A DNA stretch of 62,941 bases, filler included, from Basidioascus undulatus (taxonomy: Eukaryota), in NCBI GenBank assembly GCA_000826855.1. It is 4 parts of 4 records of this genome, joined end to end, with 100 filler letters (N's around TTAATTAATTAA, not from the genome) between each part and the next. Parts side by side here need not be neighbours in the genome. Positions count along the whole stretch, not along the records: positions 31,588 to 47,213 come from JTLS01000631.1; 3 more parts are not named here. One strand, written 5' to 3'. Shown here piece after piece: positions 34,172 to 46,035 of this stretch. The notes under the pieces are model-generated. The model saw nothing but the letters and a program-made list of their open reading frames with translations. It was not told the DNA's origin and searched no databases. Position numbers and translations under genes: made by a program. Position 1 is the stretch's first letter; each line of letters opens with the position of its first letter.

Positions 34172-37100
34172 ATGTCCGACCCCCTCACCGCCCTATCCAC
34201 CTACCTCTCCCAGTCCCTACAGCCGGCCACCCGGCGCGCGGCCGAGCAGGCGCTTGCGCAGGCGGAGACGCAGCCGGGGTTCCTCCTCCTCGTCCTCCAG
34301 CTCGTCGGCGCGGGGCAGGCCCCCCCCGAGGTTCGCCTCGGTGCGGGCGTGCTGTTTAAGAACGCTGTTAAGCGGGGGTGGGCGCCGGTACGCCTTCCTT
34401 TCTTCCTCCCCTGCTCCTCGTCTTCTTTGAATTAGTTAGGTGCGTTTGGTGATGAAGGACGAAGAGCTGATGATGGCTGGAAACCGGATGTGGGGAGCAG
34501 GAAGATGCCGAATCCAACTTCACCGCCGCCGACCGCGCAGCCGTCAAAGCGCAGATCGTCCCCGCGATGATCGCCCTCTCCTCCCGCCCGCCGCTGCAGC
34601 TCCAGATCGGGGAAGCCGTGTCGCTCATTGCGGAGCATGACTTCCCTCAGCAGTGGGAGGGGCTGATCGACGTGCGTCTTACCCCCCACCTCCTTCTTCC
34701 CCCTCTCCCTCCTCCCCTCTTCCCTTCACACTCATCTCCCTGCGTCTCGGTTTGAGCAAGTGGAGAAAGGTACTCATGCTGATGTGGGGTTTGGCGGGCG
34801 AAACAGCAAATCGTCTCCTCCCTCTCCGAGACGGACTACAGCATCAACAACGGCGTGCTCACGACCGCGCACAGCATCTTCCGCCGTTGGCGCGCCCAGT
34901 TCAAAAGTGACGCGCTCTACTCCGAGATAAACTATGTCCTTTCCCGGTTCTGCGAGCCTTACTTGGCGCTGTTCCAGGTCCGTCTTCCTCCCTATGCCTC
35001 CGTCCTTACCCTTTGCCTCTTTCTTTCCCACCTCTTTCTTCCACTTTTGTCCTCCCCCCAGGCTCCTTTGCCTTCCCCCTCTCCCTATTTCCATCCCCTC
35101 CCAGCCCCCTTCCTCTCCCATCCCTCCATCTTGCTTCCTTTGCCAAGACATACATGCTTACCCTCACCCTGGGGCGGCACAGCGCACCGATGCCCTCCTT
35201 TCCTCCCCCACCTACCCGACGCTGCCCGCGCAGCAGCGCGATCAGCTCGCGCACTCGATGGTGCTCCTCCTCCAGCTCTTCTACGACCTAAACGCGCAGG
35301 ACCTCCCGCCCTTCTTTGAGGACAACACCGAGGTCTTCATGGGCTTCCTCGCCAAGTACCTCGTCGACTGGGGGAACAACGTGGACTGGGGCGCGGTGTG
35401 TTGCTGCCTTCTCTTCTTTCCTTCTTGCCCCATCATAGCCTTTCTTGCCCTCTCTCTTCAGTGGAGGACGCTTCTGCGCAGGACTCTGGCTGACTCGCTC
35501 GCTACGCTCGCACAGAACGAGGACGATGCCGACCCCACCCCGCTCGAGAAGATCCGCGCGTCGATCTGCGAGTCGGTCGAGCTCTACGCGCAGCGCTACC
35601 TGGACGCGTTCCCACAGCTGGGCGCGTTCGTCGAACGTGTCTGGACGCTCCTCACGCACTTGGGCCCAGGCCAGCGCTTCGACCTCCTCGTTGCCAAGGC
35701 GATGCGCTTCCTGTCCTCCGTCGTGCGCAACCCCGGCCAGCGCGCGCTGTTCGAGAACGAACAGACTCTGGAACAGTTCTGCGAGAAGATCGTGCTGCCT
35801 AATATGGCGCTGAGGAGTGAGTGGACGTTCTTGGTGGGGTGGGAAGGGAGGAAGGGGATGGAAGGCTGATTGAGCTGGGGTGCGTGGATAGCGCACGAGG
35901 AGGAGATGTTTGAGGACGACCCGCTCGAGTATGTCCGGCGGGATCTGGAGCCGACTACGGGTGCGTGCTTCACTCGCTTCGCCATGCAACGAGAAGGTGT
36001 TTATTCGGCTTCATTTCCGCAGAGAGCGACACGCGCCGCTCGGCCGCGACCGAGTTTACGCGGGCGCTGATGGAGCAGTTTGAGGCGTCTGTGACGGGCA
36101 TCATCCAGCGGTACATTACCTTGTACTTGCAGGTGCATCGAAACCCCGCCGTCTCGTGTTGCTAGGCTCGGGGCTAATCTGGGATGACGGTACACAGCAA
36201 TACAATGCGGACCCAGCGAACAACTGGAAGTCCAAGAACACCGCCATCTACCTTCTCACCTCTATCGCTTCCCGCGGCGCGACGACGCAGGTGCGTGTCC
36301 CCTCCTCACAATGCGAAGTATTCTCCGGCTGACAGTGCGCCTCCAGCACGGCGTGACCTCCACGAACGTCCTCGTCGACGTGATCTCCTTCTTCTCCACG
36401 AACGTCTTCTCGGACCTGCAAGCCGCGTTGGGGACGGTGCACCCCATCCTCGAGGTGGACGCGATCAAGTTCCTGCACACGTTCCGGAACCAGCTCTCTA
36501 AGGACCAGATCCTCAGCGTCCTGCCTCTCCTCGTCCGCCACCTCGCGAGCGACAACTACGTCGTCTACTCGTACGCGGCCATCACGATCGAGCGCGTGCT
36601 GTTCATCCGCCAGAACGGGCAGCCTCTGTGCGTCCCCTCCCCTCATCCATCTTCCCCCGCAGCGACAAGCGGCTGATGGGTGTATCCTCGCAGGTTCACC
36701 TCCGCCGACGTGCGCCCGTTCGCGCAAGACATCCTCCTCGCGATCTTCGCCAAGATCTCGTCCGCGCCGACGCCGGAGAAGAAGGCGGAGAACGATTACC
36801 TGGCACGGGCGGCGATGCGCGTGATTCTGACGTCCAAGGGCGCGCTCGCGCCAGTGTACCTCCCCGTGCTCGAGCAGCTCTCGGCGATCGTCGCAGAGAT
36901 CAGCAAGAACCCGTCCAACCCGCGCTTCTCGCAGTACCTCTTCGAGAGCATCTCCGCCCTCGTCAAGTACGTCGTCGCCGACGACCCTGCGAGCTTGCCC
37001 CAGTTCGAGCAGAAGCTCTTGTATGGGCCGTTCCAGACCATCCTAGCGGAGGACATTACGGGTGGGTCTCTCTCCTCCCTGGCCTCTCTTCCTCCGCAAC

Positions 37101-38362
37101 AACTCCTGAACTAACCTGCCCCGCCCCCAGAGTTCACCCCCTACGTCTTCCAAATCGTCGCGCAGCTGCTCGAGCTGCACTCGTCGGCGTCTCTGCCGGA
37201 CTCGTACCAGGCGCTCCTCCCGCCGCTCCTGACCCCAACGCTCTGGGAGCAGCGCGGCAACGTGCCCGCGCTCGTGCGCCTCCTCCGCGCGTTCCTCGTC
37301 CGCGCCTCGCCCGCGATCGTCGCCAACAACCAGCTCCCCGCCGTCCTCGGCGTGTTCCAGAAGCTCGTCGCCAGCCGCTTGTTGGACATCTGGGGCTTCG
37401 AGCTGCTGCAGGCGCTGTTTGAAAACGTCCCTGTGTAAGTGGTCCTTCGTTTTCCATTGGCTGTGTGTGTGGATGCGAAGCTGACTCGGGCGCTTGCGAT
37501 GGAACAGCTCTGCCTTCGACCAGTACACGACCCCCGTCCTCACGCTCCTCCTCACGCGCCTGCAGGGCTCCAAGACGGACCAGTTCACGCGCGCGTTCAT
37601 CTACTTTGTCTTCTTCGTCATGGCCGTCCAGCGCGAAGGCCTGAGCGCAGACTACATCGTCGGGGCGTTCGAGAAAATCCAGCCTGGGTGCGTATTGCTT
37701 CTATCTACCCCGCTGACTTGATTTTCTCGCTGACGGGGAAGGAATGAACGATCCGACAGCCTTTTCTCCCAGCTCCTCACTGGCGTCATCCTCCGCGAGA
37801 TCCAGAAGGTCCCGCAGAAGGACCGCAAGGTCGTCAGCGTGGGCCTCATCCGCCTCCTTGCGAGCAACAGCCTCCAGTCCGAGCCGCTCGTCAAGGCCTG
37901 GTGTGTCGTTCATCACTCACCTTCTCGCTCGTCCTTCACGTCAACTGACACCGCCGCCCCACAGGCCCGCAACCCTCGAGGCGCTCCTCCGCGTGCTCCT
38001 CCTCCCCCAGGACCTCAAGGCCGCGGGCAAGGGCGACGACGACCTGTACGTGGACGAGGACACGGGCTACCAGGCTTCGTTCTCCAAGCTGGCCTCGTCC
38101 GAGGTCGCGCGCCAGGACCCCGTCGCGGACGTCGCCGACCCGCGCGCGCTCCTCAGCGCCGAGCTCGCGCGCATCAGCGTGCAGAAGCCTGGAATGGTGC
38201 GCTTCCCCTTCCCTCTCCCCAGCCTTTCGTATGGGTAGTTGATGTTGAAGGTCTGCGTTGCGTATGGATCAACAGCTCCCGCCCCTCATCAGCCAGGTCC
38301 CGCAAGAGCTCACGCAGCCGTTCTTGAGCTACATGCAGACCAACTCGCACACGATCGCATAA
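34172..38362 (+). CDS. CSE1: Importin-alpha export receptor Cse1/CAS (exportin-2)
   Basis: IBN_N start (RRAAEQAL...GVLFKNAVKRGW), IAEHDFPQQWEGL, FYDLNAQDLPPFFEDN, EEMFEDDPLEYVRRDLE, NWKSKNTAIYL, KNPSNPRFSQYLFES and WEQRGNVPALVRLL. TAA at 38360-38362. Confidence 0.95.
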
Positions 38363-39160
38363 ACGACCTCACCTTTTCCCTGCATCGCCCTTCTACTCCT
38401 TATTCCCTATCCTGACCCCCCTAGCTAGCCTTTCCTTTTCATTTCTCCCTCCACCTGCATGACGAACCCCGCACACAAAAACACGCTTTGCTATTGCCCT
38501 GCATTGTCATTGGCATTGTTTTCCCATCATGCCCACCCGTCTAGGTAGATAATCACTCGCCTCACGTCGTCCGTCCTCGATGAAAGCCGCATCGCGCGCG
38601 GACATGAATTGCGCCTGCTGAGCGGCTCAACAGCGCTGGACTGGGCGCTGGACTGCCTCGCTTGCTGCCGACATAGATGTATCTCCCACTGCACAGAGAA
38701 TCTGGAAAGGTCACGCGGCAAGTGACGTTGCTCCAATGCAATACTGATATCTGCAAGCGGAGCGGACCGCACGTCCGGCGGTTCAAGCCACGAGCCGGCT
38801 CACGACAAATTTTCCACGTTCTGCTCTCCTCGCTCTTTCTCTTTCTGAAGTAGTCTCGACTCGACTCAGCAGACTTTCTGCAAGCTGTTCCAGCTAGCAA
38901 AAGGTCCAGAGACTGATCCAAGTGAAGCTGATGGAAATGATGAGCCTCGATGCGCTGCCTTCAACCGCACGGACCTTCCGCCCTAGACCGAAGCTTGGTC
39001 ACCCTCGTTTTGTCTTCCTTCGCCATCGTCCGCCTTGGACCAAGTGGCCGTACTTCTTTCGAGTTCTGATCCGCTGCTTTTCTCTCTCAACCTAACGGTT
39101 ATTGCATTCGAACTTCGTTTTCTCGTCCCCCTGTCCTTTTCGATCGTTGACCTTGCGCTC

Positions 39161-42100
39161 ATGGCGGCTCCATTTTTCGGCCAATCCGCGCTCACTCATC
39201 CACCTACGCCCCCCGATACGATTACTCGTCCATCTGCACCGGTTCAATCATGGCCGGTCACTCCCGAGCCATCACCCCCAATGCGGCAGCAGTGGGCGGT
39301 AGTCGTTCTCCCGCCCGCGACGCTCCCGCACGTGGCGCCGAGCTCATCGAGCTGGGGCCCGCATGAGCGGTGGGGGGCTGGGGTGTTGATGAAGCTGGAA
39401 GATACGGTTGAGTCTTTCTCCTGTCTCTGGAAACCGATGTAATTGTTGCTTACTGGCGAGACTTCACATCGACGCTTCAGCTCGAAGCCCAGCTGGACGC
39501 GATCGCAGTCGAATTCGCGCTGCCCGGCAAGACCGGCGTGCATCTCTATCTCGTTCTCCCCCCGAACCCTGCATCCTCCCACCTCGGCACAACTTCGACG
39601 TCCCGCCCGCGTATCACATCCTCTGCTTTCCCGTTCCTCTTCGGGCCGTTTCTGCGACCTACCTCCACCGCCCCTGCTCTCCAACTAGCAGTCGCAGCGA
39701 CGCTCGAATGGGTCGTTGACGTTCCTCACGCACCGTGGTGGCCCGCTTGGATTGCAGGCGGCATCCCGGACGGGATCCTCGACGGTGACGAGTCGCGCCG
39801 GCAGAGCACGGTCGACCTCTCCCCTCCTACCCCGCCGCTCCGGCAGACGCTCCTCCGCAACAACGTCGGCCTCAACAGCGAGACTCTTCAGAGCCCGCTT
39901 CCGAGCGTTGCGTTCCTGCGCAAGCTTTCACTTCTCGCAGGGCGCAACGTCTCACCCGCTTCCTCCGTCCGCGCGCGCAGTCGGACGCAGACCGGCGCGA
40001 CGATCGCGTATGTTCGCGATGGGCTCCCGCCACCGGAGAGCTCCGCGGCGGCCAGAGCGGCCGTCCTCGGGCCACCCGCTGTGATTCCGGGCGCTGAGCT
40101 GAGCCTGAGCGAGAGGGAAGAGAGAGTGCTCAGATGGGAGAGGGAGGTCGCAGCCGCGGAGACGGAGACGGAGGATGTTGGGGTGGAGGATATAGGGGAC
40201 GACGCGGTTGAGGTGAAATTGCCGCACAAGGAGGAAGTGGGCGAAGAGGAGAAAATGAGCGGGGAGAACGTCGAGGCCGATTCGGTACTCGATTCGGCGG
40301 CTGGTGAGGATGACCACGTTTACGACATCTTGTTGAGTCTGCTGTTCATTCCAGGCAAAAACCAACGTCTTATGACTGATATTCTTCTGAACATCTTCGG
40401 TAGAGCATACGGATCGAATTCATCTGCCCCAAACGCCGAGCAGCTGTTCGCTTCTCGCTCTCAGCTTTCGCGGTCCGCGCCTCGAAGTCCTCCGCCGGCT
40501 TCCGAAGACCCGATAGAGCCAGTGGATATGGACGGACTTGACGCTCAAAGCGACGGTGCTCCAGTACTGTGAGTATCGCTTTCGACATCCACTGCCGATG
40601 AAGATTGCAACCCTGACGCCGCTTTGACACAGGTCCTCCCGTTCCCGTTCGCTATCTCCTCCCCCTTCGCCGACTCCGCTTCCGTCGAGCCCGAAGCAAG
40701 ATCTCGATGCAAAGGGCCTTGAACTCGACATATCGTCTGTTTCTTTCGCCTTTCCAGCGCCTATCGATTGTCAACGTTGCTGACAATTTCACGTTGTGCG
40801 CCTGCAGGTCCAACGCTCTCGATACCCCGCTGGCCGGCACTCCTCTCCACCACCAACGCCACCATTCTCTCCCACGAAGTCTCGCGTCCGAGCCCTTTGC
40901 GTCGAACAGCGAACACCAGGAGCACGACAAATTTTCCAGCGACAACTTCGAGGAGTATGTCTCAAACCCATGCACCTACATCAGACTGTAACCACTGAGG
41001 AGGCGCTCCAATTCAATTGACTGCTTTTCCGCTCACCCAGACCCGACACCCCGCCCACCGCCGACTTCTACGCGGCGTCCCACACCTCAGGCGAGTCGAC
41101 TCCCACCTCAACAGCGCAACACAGCCCAGCGACCGCCCCGCCGCCGAAGGCGCAGTCGCCGGACCGGCACAACGATTTTGAAAACGAGTGGGTTACATTT
41201 TCGCGCCCGTCTTTCTCTAGGCTGAGCTTGGATGCACCATCGTTGCTTACCCGGCCGCTGCTTCCAGCGCATACGACCTCGACACGATACTGCCGGATAC
41301 GCCCCAGGCCTACGTGCCGCCACCCGGTCTACCTTTCCCCGATCACTTCGCATCTCTGCAAGGCTACAGTGCCCCCGAGGTGGGTGCGGTGGAGGGCGAA
41401 GCGGCCTTGCAAGAGTTACATTCCAATTCGTGCGTGAGCATTTGCCATTAAAATCGTCAAACGTGGCTGACCGAAGACGCCCTTTAGGTCCTACAGTCCG
41501 GAGGCCTCGCACTCCAGCTACTTGCTGTCCCGAGCTTCAAGCTCTCTGGACCTCGGTGCTGAGCATTACGGAGGGAAGCTGGCGGAGCGAGGATGGGAGG
41601 GCAACTGGCCGTACTATGTCCCTCGGTGCGGTGCTTGCTCTATTGCCGGTTGACTCCATAGCGTTTCACAGCTGACGCTAGAGGACTATATAATCAGAAC
41701 CCCGGAAGGCCGGACCTTTGACGATCTTCCCTCGATCAAGAGCACGACCGACGAGCCGGTGCCAACGGTTGCCCATCTCCGAATCGGCGAGATGCCCGTG
41801 GACGGACTGGTCTACCCAGTCTTCGATATCTGTGAGACCCTTTATCTGTCTACGACCGCTCGAGGGGCTAAATTTCGGGGATGCCATTCAGATCCCGTTG
41901 CCGAATCGGTGGGGAAGAACGGCGAGCAGAGCCGGTCTCACAGCATCGTTCGGTGCGTATTTGCTCCTTCGTCAAAGACGAGCACTCTTAACTTCTTAGT
42001 CTGATTGCCGTTTATCTTCTGTCGTGGCCGCAGGTTCGCCGTCCTTCCGGAAGATTCGTCCTCGAGGGCGGAGTCGCCAGTCCTGGAGAACGCAAGAGCA

Positions 42101-45100
42101 CCACGGGAACGAGCTGGGGCTGACGCGAACGACAACGACTTTGAAACAGAGTCAGTTCCGTTTCCCACACACCTACCTCCAAGCTGAGCTCGAATGCGGC
42201 ATCACCGCTGACGCAGCCGTTGCTTTCAGCACGTACGACCTCGACTCGACTACGCCGGGCATGTCCGAAGCCCACGCGTCGCCGCCCGGCCTACCCTTGT
42301 CCGATCACGTCGTATTTAGGCACGCTCACCGTGCGAGTGAGGAGGGCGATCCTATCAGCGAACATGACTTGGATGAGTCACGCTCGAACTCGTACGCCAG
42401 CCTTTCACGACGTTGCAACGCCGTACCCGTGACTCAACGGAGACGACTTACAGGTCCTACGATAGCGAGGATTCTGGATTCAACTACCCGCCCTCCCACA
42501 TTTCGGAGTCGCTGGAGACCGTTCGCGAGCACGGCGGAGGGAGCGGCCCGCAGCGAGGATGGGAAGGCCACTGGCCGTATTATGCCTCACGGTACTGTGG
42601 CTATTTTCTGACTTTGAAACGAGAGAAGTACATGGCTGACGCGAGAGTGAACATAAACACAGGACTTCGGAGCGTTTGACCTCGGCAAATTTCCCTTCGA
42701 CGGAGTACACGGTCGACGAGAAGGCGGTTGCGCATCCAGACGTGGGCGAGACGCCTATGCAGGGACTGGTCTACCCGTTCTCCGTCATTTGTGGGTTCTC
42801 GTTTCCTTGGAACACGATTTCTCAAGTAGCTCAATTTTGCACGCCCCTCAGATCCTCTGGTCCATTCAGAAGGCGAGAAAGGCGAGCAGAGCCGCTCCGA
42901 CAACTTCGGGCGGTATGCAATTGACTTTCATTCGTACCGACAAGCTTACCGATCTGACTTTTCTTAATTGCCTTCCTTCTTGTGTCACGGTTGTAGGTCC
43001 TCCAGCTCTCTGGAAGATCCGTCGCTGAGGGCCCCGTCGTCAGTCTCGGACCACGGCAGAACATCGCCGGAACCAGCTCAGGTTGAAGACAACCACTTCG
43101 AAATTGGGTCAGTCCCGCTTTTGCACATATCCCTTTCGATGGGAGGGTATCGACGCTGACGCAGGCGTTGCTTCCAGCGCCTACGGCCTGGACCCGACAC
43201 CGCCAGCTGCGCTCCCAGCCCGCTCACCGTCGGCCGACCTAGCGCTTGATTATTCTGCGCGGGCGCCTCGAGTCGCAGCGAGCGAGGAGGGCGAGGATGT
43301 TGACGATGAAATGGAGTCGCACTCTGATTCGTACGTCAGCCTTCTCGTCGCTGAAATACATGCAAGAAGTGGCTGATCGGGGACCGCATTTTTCAGGTCC
43401 TATGGTACCAAGCCTGCCAGCTTCAATTACTCGCCTTCACAAGCTTCGGGTCCTCCGGAGTCCGTTGTTGAGCATGGCGAAGGCAGCACGCCGCAACGGG
43501 GATGGGAGCGCAACTGGTCGTACTATGTTCCAAGGTGCTGTAACTGTTGCTTCGAACAACGCATTAAGGGAGGTGAATGGCTCATACGGCTGGACATATC
43601 ATCAGGACTTGGGAGCATCCTACCTCGGAGGATCTCCCTTCGACGGAGAGCGCGGTGGACGACCAGGACACGCCGGTTGCGCACGAGAAGCCGGAGGAGG
43701 GACCGGTCTACCCCATGTTCGCCAACTGTATGTTTTCGTCCCTTGAAGATGATCGAACCAATAACCCAATTCCGCGCCTGCCTTTCATCTCCAGACGCTG
43801 AATCAGACGGCGAGAAAAGCGAGCAGAGGCGGGCACACAGCGTCGTTCGGTGCGCGCTTGCACCGTTCTCATACAAAAGAGCACCGCGGTCTGATTCGTT
43901 TGATTTTACTTCCTGCTTTTACATGGCGCTAGATCCGCCAGCTCTCCGGATCCGTCGATGAGGGCGCAGTCAACGGCATCGCCAGAGCCCGCTCAGGCTC
44001 ACGCGAAGGACAACGGCTTTGAAATTGAGTTAGTCCCATCATACCCATCTGCCTCTCATACTTGAGCCTGAATGTGGCAACGATAGCTGACGCCGCTGCT
44101 GCTTTCAGCACACACGGCGTCGACGCGACGCCGCCTGGGACGCCCCAAGAGAGCGCACCGCAGCCCTACTTGTCCTTGTCCGATGACTCGGAACCAATTC
44201 ACGACCCAAGTTGGAGCGAGCACGGCGATGAGATGGCCGACGAGGTTGGCGGTGAAATGCACATGGATGTGTCACGCTCCGACTCGTACGCCATCTCGCA
44301 ACGCTGAAACCCACGCGAAACTTGACTGACTGGAAACGCCTCCCAGGTCCTACGGTACTGAAGACTCTCGCTCAAGCACCCGAACTTCAGACTCTCCGGA
44401 GTCCGTCGCTGAGCGTGGCGAAGTGAACGTGGCGGAGCAGGGATGGGAGGGCAACGGGGCGTACTTTGCCGCACGGTGCGCGGCAGTTTTCTTGACTCTA
44501 AAGCGGGAGGGGTCCATGACTGATTTGAGGCTAAACTTTTTCGCAGGACCTCGGAGTTTCTTCGTCTGGAGGATCTCGCTCCTGTGGAGAACGTGGTCGA
44601 CGAGTCGATGACAGCGGTTACGTATCGCAACGTGGGCGAGACGCCCGTGGAGGGAATTGTCTATCCGTTTTCCATGATCTGTGGGTTCCCTTCCTTTTCT
44701 GGACAATCTATCCAGTGACTGAATATCGCCACTGCCCTTCAGATCCCCTCTCTGAGCCACCCGTGCGGTACGCGCTGGACTTTACACAACAGGACAGGCT
44801 CCCCAATTTTACTAGTCTGATTACGCTACGTGTCCCCAGGACTGCCAGCCTCCCGGAAAAGCCGGCGGTGGAACCGGAGGCGGAGCTCGAACAAAAACAG
44901 GGCTGGAATGGCAGCTGGCCACGCTCCGTCCCTTCGTACGCCGAGTGTTTGCGCTAAATACCAGGCAAAGACACCTGTTGCTGACTGCGTTCACGCAGTT
45001 CTCCGCTATCGGACTCTCTACAAGTGATCGAGGACCTCGCGGAAGAGCCCGGAATCGAGCTCGAGCAGCAACAGGCGTGGAAGGGAAGCTGGCCATACTA

Positions 45101-46035
45101 CGTCCCCCGGTAGGCTAGCTAGTGCTTCTGATATTCAAGAGTTCAACTGACGACTGGCAGCGACGCGAGATACTCTACCTATAGCTTGAGCGTTGCCGTC
45201 AGCGACGAGTCCCATGTGCCTGGCGAGGAAAAGGAAAAAGGCTTCGCAGAGGAGGGCGACCGCGAGGGCAGCCGGCCGAACTACGCCCCCCAGTGCGCTG
45301 TCGAATTTCTGGCTGTATTTGTATGGCAGGGTGCTCACGGATTGTGCTCACACTCAGGTCTTCGGAGGACATCAGCACCGAGTCGGACCCCCCGGAGGAA
45401 CAACCAGCGGCGGTTCAGCAGTCGCACGGCGGGGCAATGCGCAGCGGGCACGAGACGCCTGTGACGCAACTGGGATACCCGCACTTGATTATTTGTAAGT
45501 CTTTATTTCTCCTTCATTTCAAACGTGATTGCAATTGACTTCTTGATCTCCGGCAGATCCGATGCGCGCCAAGACCCCCGTCGTTCGCCCCGCACCGTCT
45601 TCTCTCAAGCCTTGCGCTCGCGACCATCCGCTCAATTCGCTGGACATCGGTGAGCGAGCTCTCTGGTGCCCGCCTTCTGTGGCGATTTATTGACAAGCTG
45701 ATGCTGAGAGGCACACGCCCCATAGACCTGAGCATTCAGTATGCTTCTCTCGAACTTCCGACCAAAAGCGCAACGCACGCAGAACCATTCCGGGATGAGA
45801 AGGAGGAGCGCGAGCGGCAGACTGCAAGGGGTGTGAGGCTGGAAACAACGCTCCCGGCTTTGGAGATCTGTAAGGTGCTTTCCGGACTTCACTTCATGAT
45901 CGCAGCTGAATCAGACTCGACTGTTGAACAGCCGGATATCCACACTTCGAGATCTACCCGCCGCGCGTCGATGCACCTCTCGGGACGGTCATCGCTGCGC
46001 AGCCGTCGGAAGTGGTGCAAGCGGCGGAGCCCTGA
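39161..46035 (+). CDS. Uncharacterised protein of about 32 exons and about 1,550 aa: small folded N-terminal domain plus acidic Pro/Ser-rich region with repeated WxGxWPYY and YPxxxIYP motifs
   Basis: Exon 1 39161-39406 (MAAPFFG...GVLMKLEDT); exon 2 from 39481 (LEAQLDAIAVEFALPGKTGVHLYLV...RPRI...ATLEWVVDVPHAPWW). Downstream GT-AG exons have matching phases at every junction checked. Last exon 45932-46035 (SGYPHFEIYPPR...AAEP*). Confidence 0.75.
41041..44767 (+). repeat. Four diverged tandem copies of a five-exon/five-intron module of about 0.95 kb
   Basis: Module starts at 41041, 42034, 42997 and 43933. Homologous exons have conserved sizes (C: 138/138/138/129; D: 134/128/122/134; E: 61/61/55/25; B: 162/162/153/177) and homologous intron ends (e.g. 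tgcttccag/tgctttcag before every B exon). Confidence 0.9.

Noticed and set aside
41041..45494. Repeat region as a CRISPR array, satellite or LTR/transposon
   Set aside because: Units are about 0.95 kb, diverged in a codon-like manner and punctuated by GT-AG introns. There is no identical repeat-spacer structure, no TIRs/LTRs and no transposase motifs.
39161..46035. Repeat protein as a KEX2-processed repeat protein or fungal RiPP precursor
   Set aside because: No signal peptide, no regular KR/RR sites flanking the motifs, units of about 200 aa, and no DUF3328 or peptidase gene on the contig.
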